A DNA stretch of 64,000 nucleotides, from the IMG/VR virus record IMGVR_UViG_3300025000_000007, positions 1-64,000 of that record; one strand, given 5' to 3'. The notes under the pieces were generated by a model. That model saw nothing but the letters and a program-made list of their open reading frames with translations. It did not search any database and was not told the origin of the DNA. Of the stretch, positions 21,001 to 30,379 are shown piece by piece. This DNA is from a virus. How positions within the stretch are numbered: position 1 is the first letter of the stretch; every line of letters begins with the position of its first letter. The translations under genes were made by a program, and so were the position numbers.

Positions 21001-21123
21001 CCTAGAAAGATTACGGATTCTGAAAATGTTCTCTACTGATAAATTATAATATTCATAGGAGGGCCATATCTTTTTATTTGCGGGATCATAGGAATAATGC
21101 CCGCCGGGGATTACATTTTTCAT
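18097..21123 (-). CDS. Fibre/adhesin with internal CLec (Mtd/FGE-like) domain; DGR target-like
   Basis: MVERPKFYY, LHPWF, YIGAKEA, WRGIENIYGNCWEF and FGGSW...IGARLEF motifs characteristic of Mtd-like CLec domains. Confidence 0.75.
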   Translation of the reverse strand: MKNVIPGGHYSYDPANKKIWPSYEYYNLSVENIFRIRNLSRDMEFYNADNPKYPLVMENGCITHSYPSDGLANDKLQIVLRTPIPGSLELLEATDGVITLETTGKVLVLPTENAAILPSYNEYVANTNRLTADFGGLKGSESPDYLPGTLYTSTDGVYLTDITGQNSTKTLTAGKLKELGYLAVDTAAHTITQEFTARNDGDNNPSVAIDSSIITGWSAFDGTGTISSTDGRLIFSGNAKSTGIHSITKALNINLSSPTFVSFDIVCSQSCTLYLRLESYTGSSYPIMSYTGSRFPVSANTLTRFVLPIHAPVATSGQNPSRLDAGFLFTAISRIWIGIGDVGSESANTYSISNIYTNVAKSAYVEVQVPDNLSATSLALYTHNGTAYQLASTHSLDAAYAQVAQTSANFTAADGTKFDDVYGAGAGRAVFPKGSSGETKDGSSGNITYSGNKGTSKRIGLRVDLPPASGLFSQCRFKTVIRYIGETGSQISLNQSTDQSNIIGFERDSSNESPTLRRIDVDGNTVTSYNFDTNPIFSGQRRCVISGDKILYGSNARGDGLDLSGASGNLMVERPKFYYKYEYSAPYYRYWFSPYPHTGFTLHPWFVQRGGTDRDFVYIGAKEASGEIESGVFKLKSATGKVPCTGSVAYPNLPNSGRLTLDDAETYAKNNGTGWGITDVWGYSAIQALIFCETGTFDTQTALGMGIVDLASGTGYAGKTTGADSIDSRLGTNGTGTGSGTNGQTPVCWRGIENIYGNCWEFIAGLNLNLSDGSYTILKRDGTGTPSATLAEGSYETGAGTVPVSEDGYINGIQSEELGALSFIPSANAGSSSTYLCDYFYYPRYNPSIMRFGGSWDHGPRAGPGCRGAYNAPSASARYIGARLEFIADNLHSVENMGSTTHEFTDSTNTSYGLQNLTKPWLALYDPSTSIIDFYLHTHRPQALSFKRDETGTIHELNLYPGEGSIYHGQISFADLALDTDSDLIPDCLEASINGSITQFLKNYTMVI
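18469..18573 (-). repeat. DGR variable-repeat-like segment
   Basis: 105 nt with 76 G+C (72%) and only 9 A by hand count; no codon ends in A; encodes RFGGSW...GARLE. Confidence 0.65.
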
Positions 21124-21889
21124 TTATATCCCCTGCCGGAGGTAATTAAAATCAGTTATTAAATAGATCATATGTAATACAATAACACTTTAAAATAAAA
21201 ATGTTTGTATTGATGTCACTTTTATTTATTATTTAATCTGAAAAGAATATATTGGATTGAAAACTTAAAAAAGAGTGTTTAAAAAAAGAAGGATGTTATT
21301 ATAATAATTTATCAGTATTAATTTCTGTCTGTCCCTTGACAGCTTTGATTCCTCCAATTTCAACAGGTTCAAAAAAATCCGGTTTGTTAAGCATATCTAC
21401 TATATTTTGGGGGCAGTTTTTAAAATATATTGATTCATCGGTCAATATCTTCAGTTCGTAGAGTATATCAACTAATTTTATAAGATTTTTTATTGGATCA
21501 CATGGGATACAGAGGGTGGGGCATTCGTCGAGATCCATGTTTAATCGTTATCGTCAAAATTGAGCATACTTAGGTTTATATATAACTTACCAAGTGAGCT
21601 ATATTTCTCATCGATCTTTTTAAAATCGTCCTTGAATATATCAAGAATTCGATCCATTATCTCATCTGATTCTGCCTTAAACTCTGCTTTTAAGCTAGCT
21701 AGTTCATCTGTGTCCATTATATAATCACCAGGTTACAAATATATCTATATATTTTTTAATATTTAAACTAATTTATTCTGTTTCATTTGGTGTGCTGTTC
21801 ATTAGTTTACAATCTTGTATATTTTACTAACCTTTAACTACATTTTCAAACTGAATATTCATTATATGTATATTCAGAATGTTGGAAAA

Positions 21890-22237
21890 TCAAGCTATAA
21901 TCTGTTCCCCATATTCCGACAGTTCCAGATAATTGATTCTCCCGTCGGTGGGATTCCATTTCAATGTGATAACCCCTTCCTCCTGAAGTTGATCAATAAC
22001 TTTTTTTGTAGTATACCGAGAAAGTGACAGCTCGTTTGAGATCTGTAATCCATATGTCTGTGGGTTATCATGAATAAAAGCAACTATCCTATGATAATCA
22101 TCATTATTATGAAGGCACTGCTTACACCATGCCGTTTTTCGCCCATTCTTAACCGGGAACTCATCAAGAGGCATCATTGTAAAATGTTCAGGATTCTTAC
22201 AGAGTTTTTCTGTGTAACCCCTGCCTGTACGGCTCAC
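21890..22237 (-). CDS. Zn-finger plus winged-helix protein
   Basis: C..H and CKQC, then QISNELSLSRYTTKKVIDQLQEEGVI. Confidence 0.6.
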   Translation of the reverse strand: MSRTGRGYTEKLCKNPEHFTMMPLDEFPVKNGRKTAWCKQCLHNNDDYHRIVAFIHDNPQTYGLQISNELSLSRYTTKKVIDQLQEEGVITLKWNPTDGRINYLELSEYGEQIIA

Positions 22238-22608
22238 GCGCTCGCCTCTGAAACACTATATAATTTATAATTCCCTCTCTGAGAATAACAAATCGTTCCA
22301 TCAGCTTCTAACTGATGCAGGTATCCTCGGATAGTATGAGGCGACTTTCCCAGGTTCAGAGCAATTTCAATTGCATGAGTTGGTTGTTTTCTTGATATGA
22401 AATTAAGAACTGCATCAGAGCCAAGAGCAGGCTTGTAAGTTTTGACAAGTCGGAATCCCCCGGCGTGCCCTCGTATAGGACGATCAGATGATGTTATACT
22501 GATGTCGAATGATTTACCGCATTTCTCGCATGTTGAGGAAGTGCCTGCATCTTTTATGGAAAGGGTTGTAATACGGTGATGGTAGTAAGGACAGTGTTTT
22601 GTAGTCAT
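22234..22608 (-). CDS. Zn-ribbon plus winged-helix protein
   Basis: CPY...CEKC, then EIALNLGKSPHTIRGYLHQLEADG. Confidence 0.65.
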   Translation of the reverse strand: MTTKHCPYYHHRITTLSIKDAGTSSTCEKCGKSFDISITSSDRPIRGHAGGFRLVKTYKPALGSDAVLNFISRKQPTHAIEIALNLGKSPHTIRGYLHQLEADGTICYSQRGNYKLYSVSEASA

Positions 22609-23530
22609 TCTTCCTCCACGATGAACATCTTCTCAAATTGGGATAGAAGGCATTTCAAAAGAGCCTGTTCCTTTCTTGCTATTTCCTCATCCTGAACGCT
22701 CATAGAGAGTTTGAACAGTGGGTTATCAGCATAGAGAGCTTGTTCTCTTATGTCGATTGCTTTTACAAGAAGTGCTTTAAATTTTGGGATATTCTCTTCG
22801 GTTGTCATAATAGTCGCTCTTTAGTTTTTATCTAATCAATTTTAAGCCGTTTTTCATTTGCCTAATACAAATACATTAACTTCACGAGAAATGCCCGCAA
22901 ATCGCCTGAGATTCGATCTCTCGTATAATTGCACGTCTAGTTAGTTCAACGCCGTACACATTTCCATATCCTCGATATTTATCACAAAATTCCCGAGCTT
23001 CAATATCAGGATTTAAATCCGGCTTGGAATGGACTAACCATTTGATGTCCTTGAAGAATAACTCGGAATATTGATGTGCAAATTCATCTCTAGCTCTATA
23101 GAGACTCCAGCCGGGATGCAGTTTATAAAACTCTTTTCTCTCTTTTCGATAGGATTCTAACGTTTGAAGATGGTTTTTTAGATCAAGAAAGAAGTTTGGA
23201 TCTGAATAAGTTGGGAGGGCTTCCCAATGGATTAGGTAGTTAGATGGAGCCTGATGATACAAAGATGACAGAGTAATTAAAAGAATACCCCCTTAACCAC
23301 ATCTTCTTTGTAATCCTTTGACATCTTATGCTCAAGAGAATATGCAAGCTGTTCAAATTGAGATTGAAAAGACAATACTTGATTTGCCTGCCTTACCCAA
23401 TGGATACTATTTAGTAGTTCATTTAAAAGAGACATCTGAGATATTATAGTTTTTAATACAGTTCCTAATTCTCTATATTTTTCAATTGGTATGCAGTTCA
23501 TAATTATCGCCCTGGTTTTTGGTCACATTT

Positions 23531-23826
23531 TTGTAAGATCTTGTAAGAGCTTACTTACAAGAATTAAAAAATCTGTAAGCGGTATACATCAACCTTACTA
23601 ATCTAATACATGAAATTTTATTACAATATTCTCTATTTGTGTTAATATTCTTATATAATTTAAAGAAGTCAAACCATATTTTTTAACCGGCTTTCTTCTT
23701 TGTTTTAGAAGCTTTTCTTTTTAGTTTACATAATCACTCATTTTCTCATTTTTCTCCCTTCATTCTTTCTCTTTGTTGTAAGTAAGAGCTTACATGTTCT
23801 TACAAGCTTGTAAGAGCCGTCTTACA
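23531..23826. repeat. Clustered TGTAAG/CTTACA repeats flanking an AT-rich core; candidate replication origin
   Basis: TTGTAAGATCTTGTAAGAGCTTACTTACAAG (23531-23561) and TTGTAAGTAAGAGCTTACATGTTCTTACAAGCTTGTAAGAGCCGTCTTACA (23776-23826) in a 330-bp intergenic gap. Confidence 0.6.
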
Positions 23827-23833
23827 TACATAG

Positions 23834-24421
23834 CTAGTAAAGCTTTTCGATATATTCTATAAAGTTTCGGTTTTTGTTGTTTTTACCGACTCTAACTTCG
23901 TTAGGAAACATCTCAAGAGTTTTATTCATTACTTCTTTAGTTGCCTGTCTTACTCCCTTTGTGGTTGCCCTGTGTTCCTCTGGCACTTCATGCAGGAGAA
24001 ACTTCTGGACTTCAGGACCAAGCATGAACTTTTTACCATTTCGGTATGCTTCAGAAGGGAGATGGTCGCGTAGGAGTCTAGCCCGGACTTCGGTTTCATT
24101 CCCTGCCACTAAAACAGTTTCTTTTAAAATAGGGATAGAAGAATCATCAATACGCTCGGATAAAAGAGCCAACTGCTCAGGGATTGTTTTAATTACTTCT
24201 TTATCTTCGCCCTGTGAGTCTTCCCCGATGCAATAAAACTCATCTGCGCCGAGGTGGTTCTCGATATTAGAAACACGTTTGAGTAAAAAACAGTCGGGAT
24301 CTGTTAACACCCGCATTACTAACCCCTTGAATACGCCGTATACTTCGGGATCTTGCAGGAGGTTTAAGAATTCCTGAATTTTAGGATTGGCGAGCATGGA
24401 CGTTTGCCTCATCTTGCCCAC
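23834..24421 (-). CDS. Hypothetical protein, possible origin-binding protein
   Basis: 195 aa ending 8 bp from the repeat cluster; basic helical C-terminus. Confidence 0.4.
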   Translation of the reverse strand: MGKMRQTSMLANPKIQEFLNLLQDPEVYGVFKGLVMRVLTDPDCFLLKRVSNIENHLGADEFYCIGEDSQGEDKEVIKTIPEQLALLSERIDDSSIPILKETVLVAGNETEVRARLLRDHLPSEAYRNGKKFMLGPEVQKFLLHEVPEEHRATTKGVRQATKEVMNKTLEMFPNEVRVGKNNKNRNFIEYIEKLY

Positions 24422-24509
24422 CTTAAAATAGAATGCGTGTTCACTATTGTCGCTCTCCTAGTTTTTTGTATCTATTGTTTATCAGACTTCTTTTATTTAT
24501 TACTATGTT

Positions 24510-24674
24510 TTATATTGCTTCGAGTAGTTCACATCGTCCATTTGGTATTTTTATAAACACTTCTACAGAATCACCTATATTGATTCCGTATTTATCACAA
24601 ATATCCTTAATGGACACCCTGTACATCGTTTGTATGTTTCTCTCTCCGCAGTTAATACATTTAATTTCTACCAT
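24510..24674 (-). CDS. AbrB-like small regulator (not in ORF track)
   Basis: MVEIKCINCGERNIQTMYRVSIKDICDKYGINIGDSVEVFIK...; TATA box upstream. Confidence 0.6.
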   Translation of the reverse strand: MVEIKCINCGERNIQTMYRVSIKDICDKYGINIGDSVEVFIKIPNGRCELLEAI

Positions 24675-25278
24675 AGTACATTAAATGTACTTAGTTGTAT
24701 ATATAACTTCCTAACGACCTAAAAAATTAAATAATAAGGAAATTATCATTTATTCCACCGGGATTTAATCAAATTAATAGGATCACTGTCTAAAGTACAT
24801 GGTTTCGCCACGCTGCAATATTTAATAGCTTCTGCCTCTACATTCGAAACCTTTCTTTCGTGCGCAACTCCAATTCTGGTTTCCATTCGTTCTTTATACT
24901 GCTGTTCGATTCTCATATCATCTTCTGTGAATTTCCACACAAAAGATTCAACGTCCCATAACGGAGAACGTGTAACATTGCTGAGACTGGTTTCAGCTTC
25001 TTCCGATTGCATAATATAAAAATCAGTTTCAACCGGGAAAATGTCAGAGCTTATCAATCCACCCGCGGCCATTTCTTCCTGCAACGGTTTATTTATTATA
25101 GTGTACTTCCTCAAACACGGTGCTTTTCCTGAAATAATAAATTCTTTTCTTGATATATCCGCATGGAGTAAGCAGGCTTCACCGGCAGGGGAGTGTATGT
25201 CGCTGCAATTGTGACAAATGAATAACATTAAATCACCTCACAAAAAAATAATAAATTGTTATCTGTTTAAAATTTTCG

Positions 25279-26247
25279 TTATACATTCAAATAAAACTCC
25301 CTTGCCACAAAATCGGGGGTTTTTATAAGTTCCTGATCTATGATACAATATCCAAATGGGTGTCTTCTATTTTTATTTTTAGCTCTATTGTTCTGAACTT
25401 TATCATATTCCAATGTTTCATTATCAACATCGTGTAATAAAAAACCTATTTCTCTCCCTTCTCCAAAATATTTAAACAATGCTTTTGTTACATTAATCTC
25501 GTTAAACTCGTCCTCTTTTATTGGAAGCACGCACGTCACAGACGACACAAGTATTTTATCCCGAATTTGAGCAGGATATCCATTCTCAAGAGTATTCAGT
25601 ATTTCTTCCATTAAATGCCCTGCTGATCTCATATAATACTTATATTTAAAAATTTCAAACGCGGTTAACTTTTTATTTTGGATTGCATCCACTTTTATTC
25701 CACTTTCCCCATGTTCAAATCTTGCTGCTTTTGCCGCACACGATGCCTTTTTTAATCGGATCGCAAATTCCATTACATATTCAGATTTGAATGGTCCAAT
25801 TTCCTGATATGTATTTTTTAGGTAAAATCCGGGTGGTAAAGAAACTTTCCCTTCATCATTTACAAATAAATATATAAAATCTGCACAAGTTGTACCTACA
25901 CCATCACCACATTTAGTAATACCAATGAAGTCCCTAATATCAGGCAGCCCATCAAATGTTAAAACCGGATGTCCAGTTGCTTCGCATAGAGCGATTGCCT
26001 TATTAAGCTCACCTTCTGTAAATTTTTGCCCCTTAATCTCCACCCATCTATTACACTCAGTTAACCAAAAATCAGGAAGATACCACCCTGCTTCTCCTAA
26101 ATCATAACCTTCTTTTTCATACTCATATTTTATTCCCAATGCATCAAAGAAGACCGCCCACCGTGCTTCTAATCTGCTTCTAAAACGATACCCGTTATAG
26201 TGTGTTTCAATAGGTTTTAATAGTCGCTCTTTTGTTTTTCCCATCAC
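25279..26247 (-). CDS. PD-(D/E)XK-like phage nuclease with C-terminal extension
   Basis: YNGYRFRSRLEARWAVFFD...YEYE...YLPDF...WVEIKG. Confidence 0.75.
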   Translation of the reverse strand: MMGKTKERLLKPIETHYNGYRFRSRLEARWAVFFDALGIKYEYEKEGYDLGEAGWYLPDFWLTECNRWVEIKGQKFTEGELNKAIALCEATGHPVLTFDGLPDIRDFIGITKCGDGVGTTCADFIYLFVNDEGKVSLPPGFYLKNTYQEIGPFKSEYVMEFAIRLKKASCAAKAARFEHGESGIKVDAIQNKKLTAFEIFKYKYYMRSAGHLMEEILNTLENGYPAQIRDKILVSSVTCVLPIKEDEFNEINVTKALFKYFGEGREIGFLLHDVDNETLEYDKVQNNRAKNKNRRHPFGYCIIDQELIKTPDFVAREFYLNV

Positions 26248-26250
26248 GGA

Positions 26251-26439
26251 TCACTCCTGCGTTTCCTCTTTCCTCTTCTTAACATAAATTTCAAACTCAC
26301 ACCCTGCAAATTCAGTACCCACCGTTTTAATCTGCCCCCACGCGTCTATAGTTCCAGTAAATCCCGCCTGAAACTTTGATTCTTTTATTTTGATGTCGCC
26401 AACAATTTTAATAGGTTCTAGTTTTCTCGGTCTTGCCAC
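26251..26439 (-). CDS. Small AbrB/DUF2080-like protein
   Basis: GTIDAWGQIK...EFAGCEFEIYVKK. Confidence 0.4.
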   Translation of the reverse strand: MARPRKLEPIKIVGDIKIKESKFQAGFTGTIDAWGQIKTVGTEFAGCEFEIYVKKRKEETQE

Positions 26440-27192
26440 GTTATCACCAAAAAAAGAATTAGATTGATGTTGCCATTATTGACAACAAACTTCCAAGAAT
26501 TGCGTCTTTCGACCCATTGTAAGAAGTTTCGGCCCACACCTGAACGCTTCCTCCGACAGGGCAAATAAGTATCTCAAATTTATTACACGACATTGCCTCG
26601 ATTCTTGCTTTGATCTTTTTTGCATGGTTTTCTGTCATTGTTCCGAGATCAATTCTTGTGAATGTTTTTGGTTTCTCATCATTTCTAATCTGTGCTTTGT
26701 TCTGTGTTATCATGGTCATTTATCTCAGTCCTCATTTACCTTGCTGTATATTATAGTATAACGGTGAAACTATATATAGTTTAGCATTTAATATTTGACA
26801 TAAAAACTTCCTAACTCCATAAAAAATAATATAAAAAAGTAAAAATTAAAAAGTAACTCCCGCATCAACAAATCTCGTTATCTTCAGTTTTGCACTCCAA
26901 TATTGGATACTCACAAGACTTCCCTATAAAGCATCCCCCACATGCTAATAATTTTTGATTTAAACAGTTACTACAACGTGCTCTTTTTTTACGTTCCGAG
27001 AGGGATGCATTTATTATGTCTATTCCTGGAATAAGACTTCCCGGCGGTGGTACTTTAATCATGTTTCCGCCTCCCGATCCTCATCTACACAGCATGGCTC
27101 ACAATCACAAGTATTTTCAAATATGTGACATCCCTTACAGGTTCCCCCTGAGATACCCAACTCGGAACAGTTTAAACACTTTGCTCGTATTG

Positions 27193-28125
27193 TCATGCTT
27201 CCGCCTCTTCAAGTCTGGCTCGGGAAGCATTCAAAGCCTGCAATTCAGCTTCATGATAAGCTATCTTCTCAGAAATAACTTTTAAATCATTATAAACAAC
27301 CCGATCCAACTTTAAAACTATTGGATAATTTTTAATTAACCATTGGCGGATCATATCTTTATACATCTTAATAGCTCGCGCCCTGTTCCCTGCGAAGATC
27401 ACATGACATCCTCGCATCTCAAGCCCTGCAATTGTTGCTTCTCGTGTTGCAACGGATACCCCTATATGATTTGTATTTCTCTTAGCGTGCCCGTTGTCGT
27501 CCCTTCCATTGTATGCAGGCACATACTTTATGTAATCCTCGTAAGAGCATTCTGCAATGAGATACATCTCGTGGAAGCGGGAATCGTCCTTGAATCTCTT
27601 TATTTCTTTGTAGAAAGTCTCTCTTGAGTGGGCACTTGAAAGAGTTGCATATATGTCATTTGGGATACCTTGCCCTTTCTTATCCTCTTTCCCGCCTTTT
27701 CGTTCTACTATAAAGGGAATCCATCCGGCATAACCAACACCTTGATAGTAAGCTTGATAATCAGCCGTCTGCTCGATTTTAATCTCTGCTTTTGTGAGCA
27801 TTTTCCTAACTTGATGCCCTAAATCTTCTTCTTTCCAGGGATAATGTTCTTCGGGGGATTGAAAAATAATCACTTCTACGAGATCAGCCCATACTTTCAG
27901 TTGATTATTTAATTGAGATTTGAGTGTTTCGATGTCCGCTTCCAATTGTTTTTTAACAACAGCGATATCTTTTTTTGGAGCTTTTAAAGACAAACATTTA
28001 GTTATTTTAGTCTCTTGTGTTTTTATTTGTGCGTGTAGTTCTCTGATTCTTGCCTCATAATCTTGAATAGTCTTAACTTTCCCCACGTTCCCACCCCCCA
28101 TCACATACACAAGTCGAATACTCAT
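27193..28125 (-). CDS. ERCC4 (XPF/Mus81-type) nuclease domain protein with N-terminal coiled coil
   Basis: TADY...FIVERK...RETFYKEIKRF...YLIAE motifs. Confidence 0.75.
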   Translation of the reverse strand: MSIRLVYVMGGGNVGKVKTIQDYEARIRELHAQIKTQETKITKCLSLKAPKKDIAVVKKQLEADIETLKSQLNNQLKVWADLVEVIIFQSPEEHYPWKEEDLGHQVRKMLTKAEIKIEQTADYQAYYQGVGYAGWIPFIVERKGGKEDKKGQGIPNDIYATLSSAHSRETFYKEIKRFKDDSRFHEMYLIAECSYEDYIKYVPAYNGRDDNGHAKRNTNHIGVSVATREATIAGLEMRGCHVIFAGNRARAIKMYKDMIRQWLIKNYPIVLKLDRVVYNDLKVISEKIAYHEAELQALNASRARLEEAEA

Positions 28126-28376
28126 CCAATTCTTGATCCTTTTTCTGACACTCTGGTAACTTCTTACAGTTCCCGCAGGTATCTTCAGGAGGATTCATTT
28201 GAAAGCCTCCGCACAGCCCTCACAAAGTCTCTGTCGGTGTCCAATACCCTCTTTGTAATGCCACTCATAAACAGCGCATCGTTTCCATTCTCCGCATTTT
28301 TCACACTGGGTAAAATATGCCATGCCTGCCTGTTTGAGTCCTATAAAATGCAGGATAGTCGTTTCGGGTGATGGAA

Positions 28377-29051
28377 TCATACCCCCACCGCCAGGATCTT
28401 CTTAATCTCATCCATGTCAGAGCCAACTCTACAATGGGCATTGATATCATGCAGGAGAATTACCCCAGGCTTCAAACCCGCTTGAAATGCAACATATTCC
28501 AACAGGTAAGCGTATCCCCTCAGATCATTTTTCATGGCAATAGCCATCTCATTAGACCTGCCGAGAATCGTTAAATTAACATAGTCATTATCTTCGTCTT
28601 CTTCGGTGTCCCATACCAAAGTGACCATACATGGAACTTCATTCTTCCCGTAATGTTTTGTCTTAAAAAGAGGATTTACAATTCTACGGCTTTTAGGTGA
28701 CTCCTTCAGTTTTCTAATAGTCTCATCTAATCCACCATCTTCATGGAGTTCCTGACCGTATGTATATTCAGGGTCCTGTACATCCAGACCGGCATTTTCC
28801 CCAAAACAAACAGGGTTTCCAGTTATCAGGTTTTTACCAAAAGCGAAACCACATATAAAACTAAGCAATTCTTCTGAATCTTCGCAACAGTAACATGGAA
28901 TTACTATAATAACATGTTTATAATATTGAACCGTTTCTCCACGTTCATCTTTTCCGCGTTTTCCTTTATTCATGATTAATTTGACTGTTCTATACGTGGC
29001 TTCTCTTATTGATTTACAGACTAATGTTTGGGGGATTATAGGAGGTGTCAT
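28377..29051 (-). CDS. Thymidylate synthase/dCMP hydroxymethylase superfamily protein
   Basis: YTYG, SRR, catalytic PC, RSNE...ND and NAH motifs; start set at ATG 29051. Confidence 0.8.
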   Translation of the reverse strand: MTPPIIPQTLVCKSIREATYRTVKLIMNKGKRGKDERGETVQYYKHVIIVIPCYCCEDSEELLSFICGFAFGKNLITGNPVCFGENAGLDVQDPEYTYGQELHEDGGLDETIRKLKESPKSRRIVNPLFKTKHYGKNEVPCMVTLVWDTEEDEDNDYVNLTILGRSNEMAIAMKNDLRGYAYLLEYVAFQAGLKPGVILLHDINAHCRVGSDMDEIKKILAVGV

Positions 29052-29175
29052 AATTTCCCCTCCAACTGCCTGAACATCCCACAACACGAACAATCCGGCT
29101 GATGAGTACAATTATAACTATCACTTTTATATATTGTGCATTTTTTATTTCCTTTCGGGGAAAAGGGGCACTGGC

Positions 29176-29712
29176 TCATAATAACCCCTCCGGAATTCTT
29201 GAAACGATTTCCTCATGTATCTCTTCAACGGTCTTCCCGTCTACGAATATCCCCTCATATTCCCTTGAAATACCTTCAATTATAAACAGCTTACTTACTT
29301 TCTCTTGATACTCTTTTTTCCCGTATATGTCAGAATCCTGTCCGTATGGGGCCCCACAAAACACAAGTGTGAAATCTGGTTCAGGAAGCAATGCAGCGTT
29401 TTCTCTTACCCATTCTTCATCGAGTCCATCAGCCAACCCATAAACAATCGCAGATAATTTAAAACGATCAAAAATATAATTTTCATTTGGGTTCAATCGT
29501 CTGATAGTTTCCGTCTTGTTGCTGTCCTGCAATGCTTGAAACGAAACCGGTTCAAACGGCAATTCTTTATTCAATATCTGCCTTATTATCTTTCCCGAGT
29601 ATAATTCCTCGTTCGGAAATTTAACATAAGTCCATCCAAACCTTTCAGCTAAAAGTTTAGCGTGTGTTGTCTTCCCTACACGATCCTTTCCGCAGAGTGC
29701 TATTATTTTCAT
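29176..29712 (-). CDS. tmk: Thymidylate kinase-like dNMP kinase
   Basis: P-loop GKDRVGKTT, FP, DRF..S..VYG and PD motifs. Confidence 0.85.
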   Translation of the reverse strand: MKIIALCGKDRVGKTTHAKLLAERFGWTYVKFPNEELYSGKIIRQILNKELPFEPVSFQALQDSNKTETIRRLNPNENYIFDRFKLSAIVYGLADGLDEEWVRENAALLPEPDFTLVFCGAPYGQDSDIYGKKEYQEKVSKLFIIEGISREYEGIFVDGKTVEEIHEEIVSRIPEGLL

Positions 29713-29794
29713 TTTGTTTGTCGCTCCTTTAGTTTTTCTTAAAAATTAGTATTCTTCAGGATGTTCTTTTATATTGATAATCGACTGCCATCAT

Positions 29795-30379
29795 TTACAC
29801 CTTCACGAATAATTCACAGTGGCACATATCTTCCAGCTCCGCAGTCTTGGCCTGCTGCACCCATCCAGGACACGGGCAGAATGTATGATATTTTCCATCA
29901 CTCGGAACGGTGCAAGGACATGGAGTATTCCCTTTCTCAGTCTCGATTACGCCCATATACAGAAGAGTACCAAGCAGCTCGGGGTCTTCAATATTGAGTT
30001 TGCATCCTAACTTCCCCGCTACAAATAATAGATGCTTGAGTGGGATCTCCTGCGGGTTCCATGTGAAAACTGTTACATCGTCATTTGTTGAGATGTCTTG
30101 AATGACTCTATAAAATGATTCACTCGTTTCAGTATTATTTATTTTAATAAATACATGAGGGAATGATTTCTTAACCTTTTGAACTTTCATGGCTTCATCA
30201 TTTGACAGATACCGGACGGTATTATTTTTGATTCCGCTTTTTTCTTTTCCATAAAATTCAGGGCGACTTTTAAATGAGAGTGTGTTATCGTTGACTTCCA
30301 TCACAACCCCTGCCAGAGTGTCAAAATGAAAACGATTAACGATACGACAATCACAAAGTATTTTAGCAAATTCACTCAC
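29795..30379 (-). CDS. ASCH-like domain fused to a ferredoxin:thioredoxin reductase catalytic-like domain
   Basis: FKSRPEFYGKEKSGIKNNTVR at the N-terminus; CPC...CPC...CHCELF at the C-terminus. Confidence 0.6.
   Translation of the reverse strand: MSEFAKILCDCRIVNRFHFDTLAGVVMEVNDNTLSFKSRPEFYGKEKSGIKNNTVRYLSNDEAMKVQKVKKSFPHVFIKINNTETSESFYRVIQDISTNDDVTVFTWNPQEIPLKHLLFVAGKLGCKLNIEDPELLGTLLYMGVIETEKGNTPCPCTVPSDGKYHTFCPCPGWVQQAKTAELEDMCHCELFVKV

Noticed and set aside
18097-21123. Complete diversity-generating retroelement
   Set aside because: No reverse transcriptase, Avd or template repeat found by eye in this window; only a VR-like target is supported.
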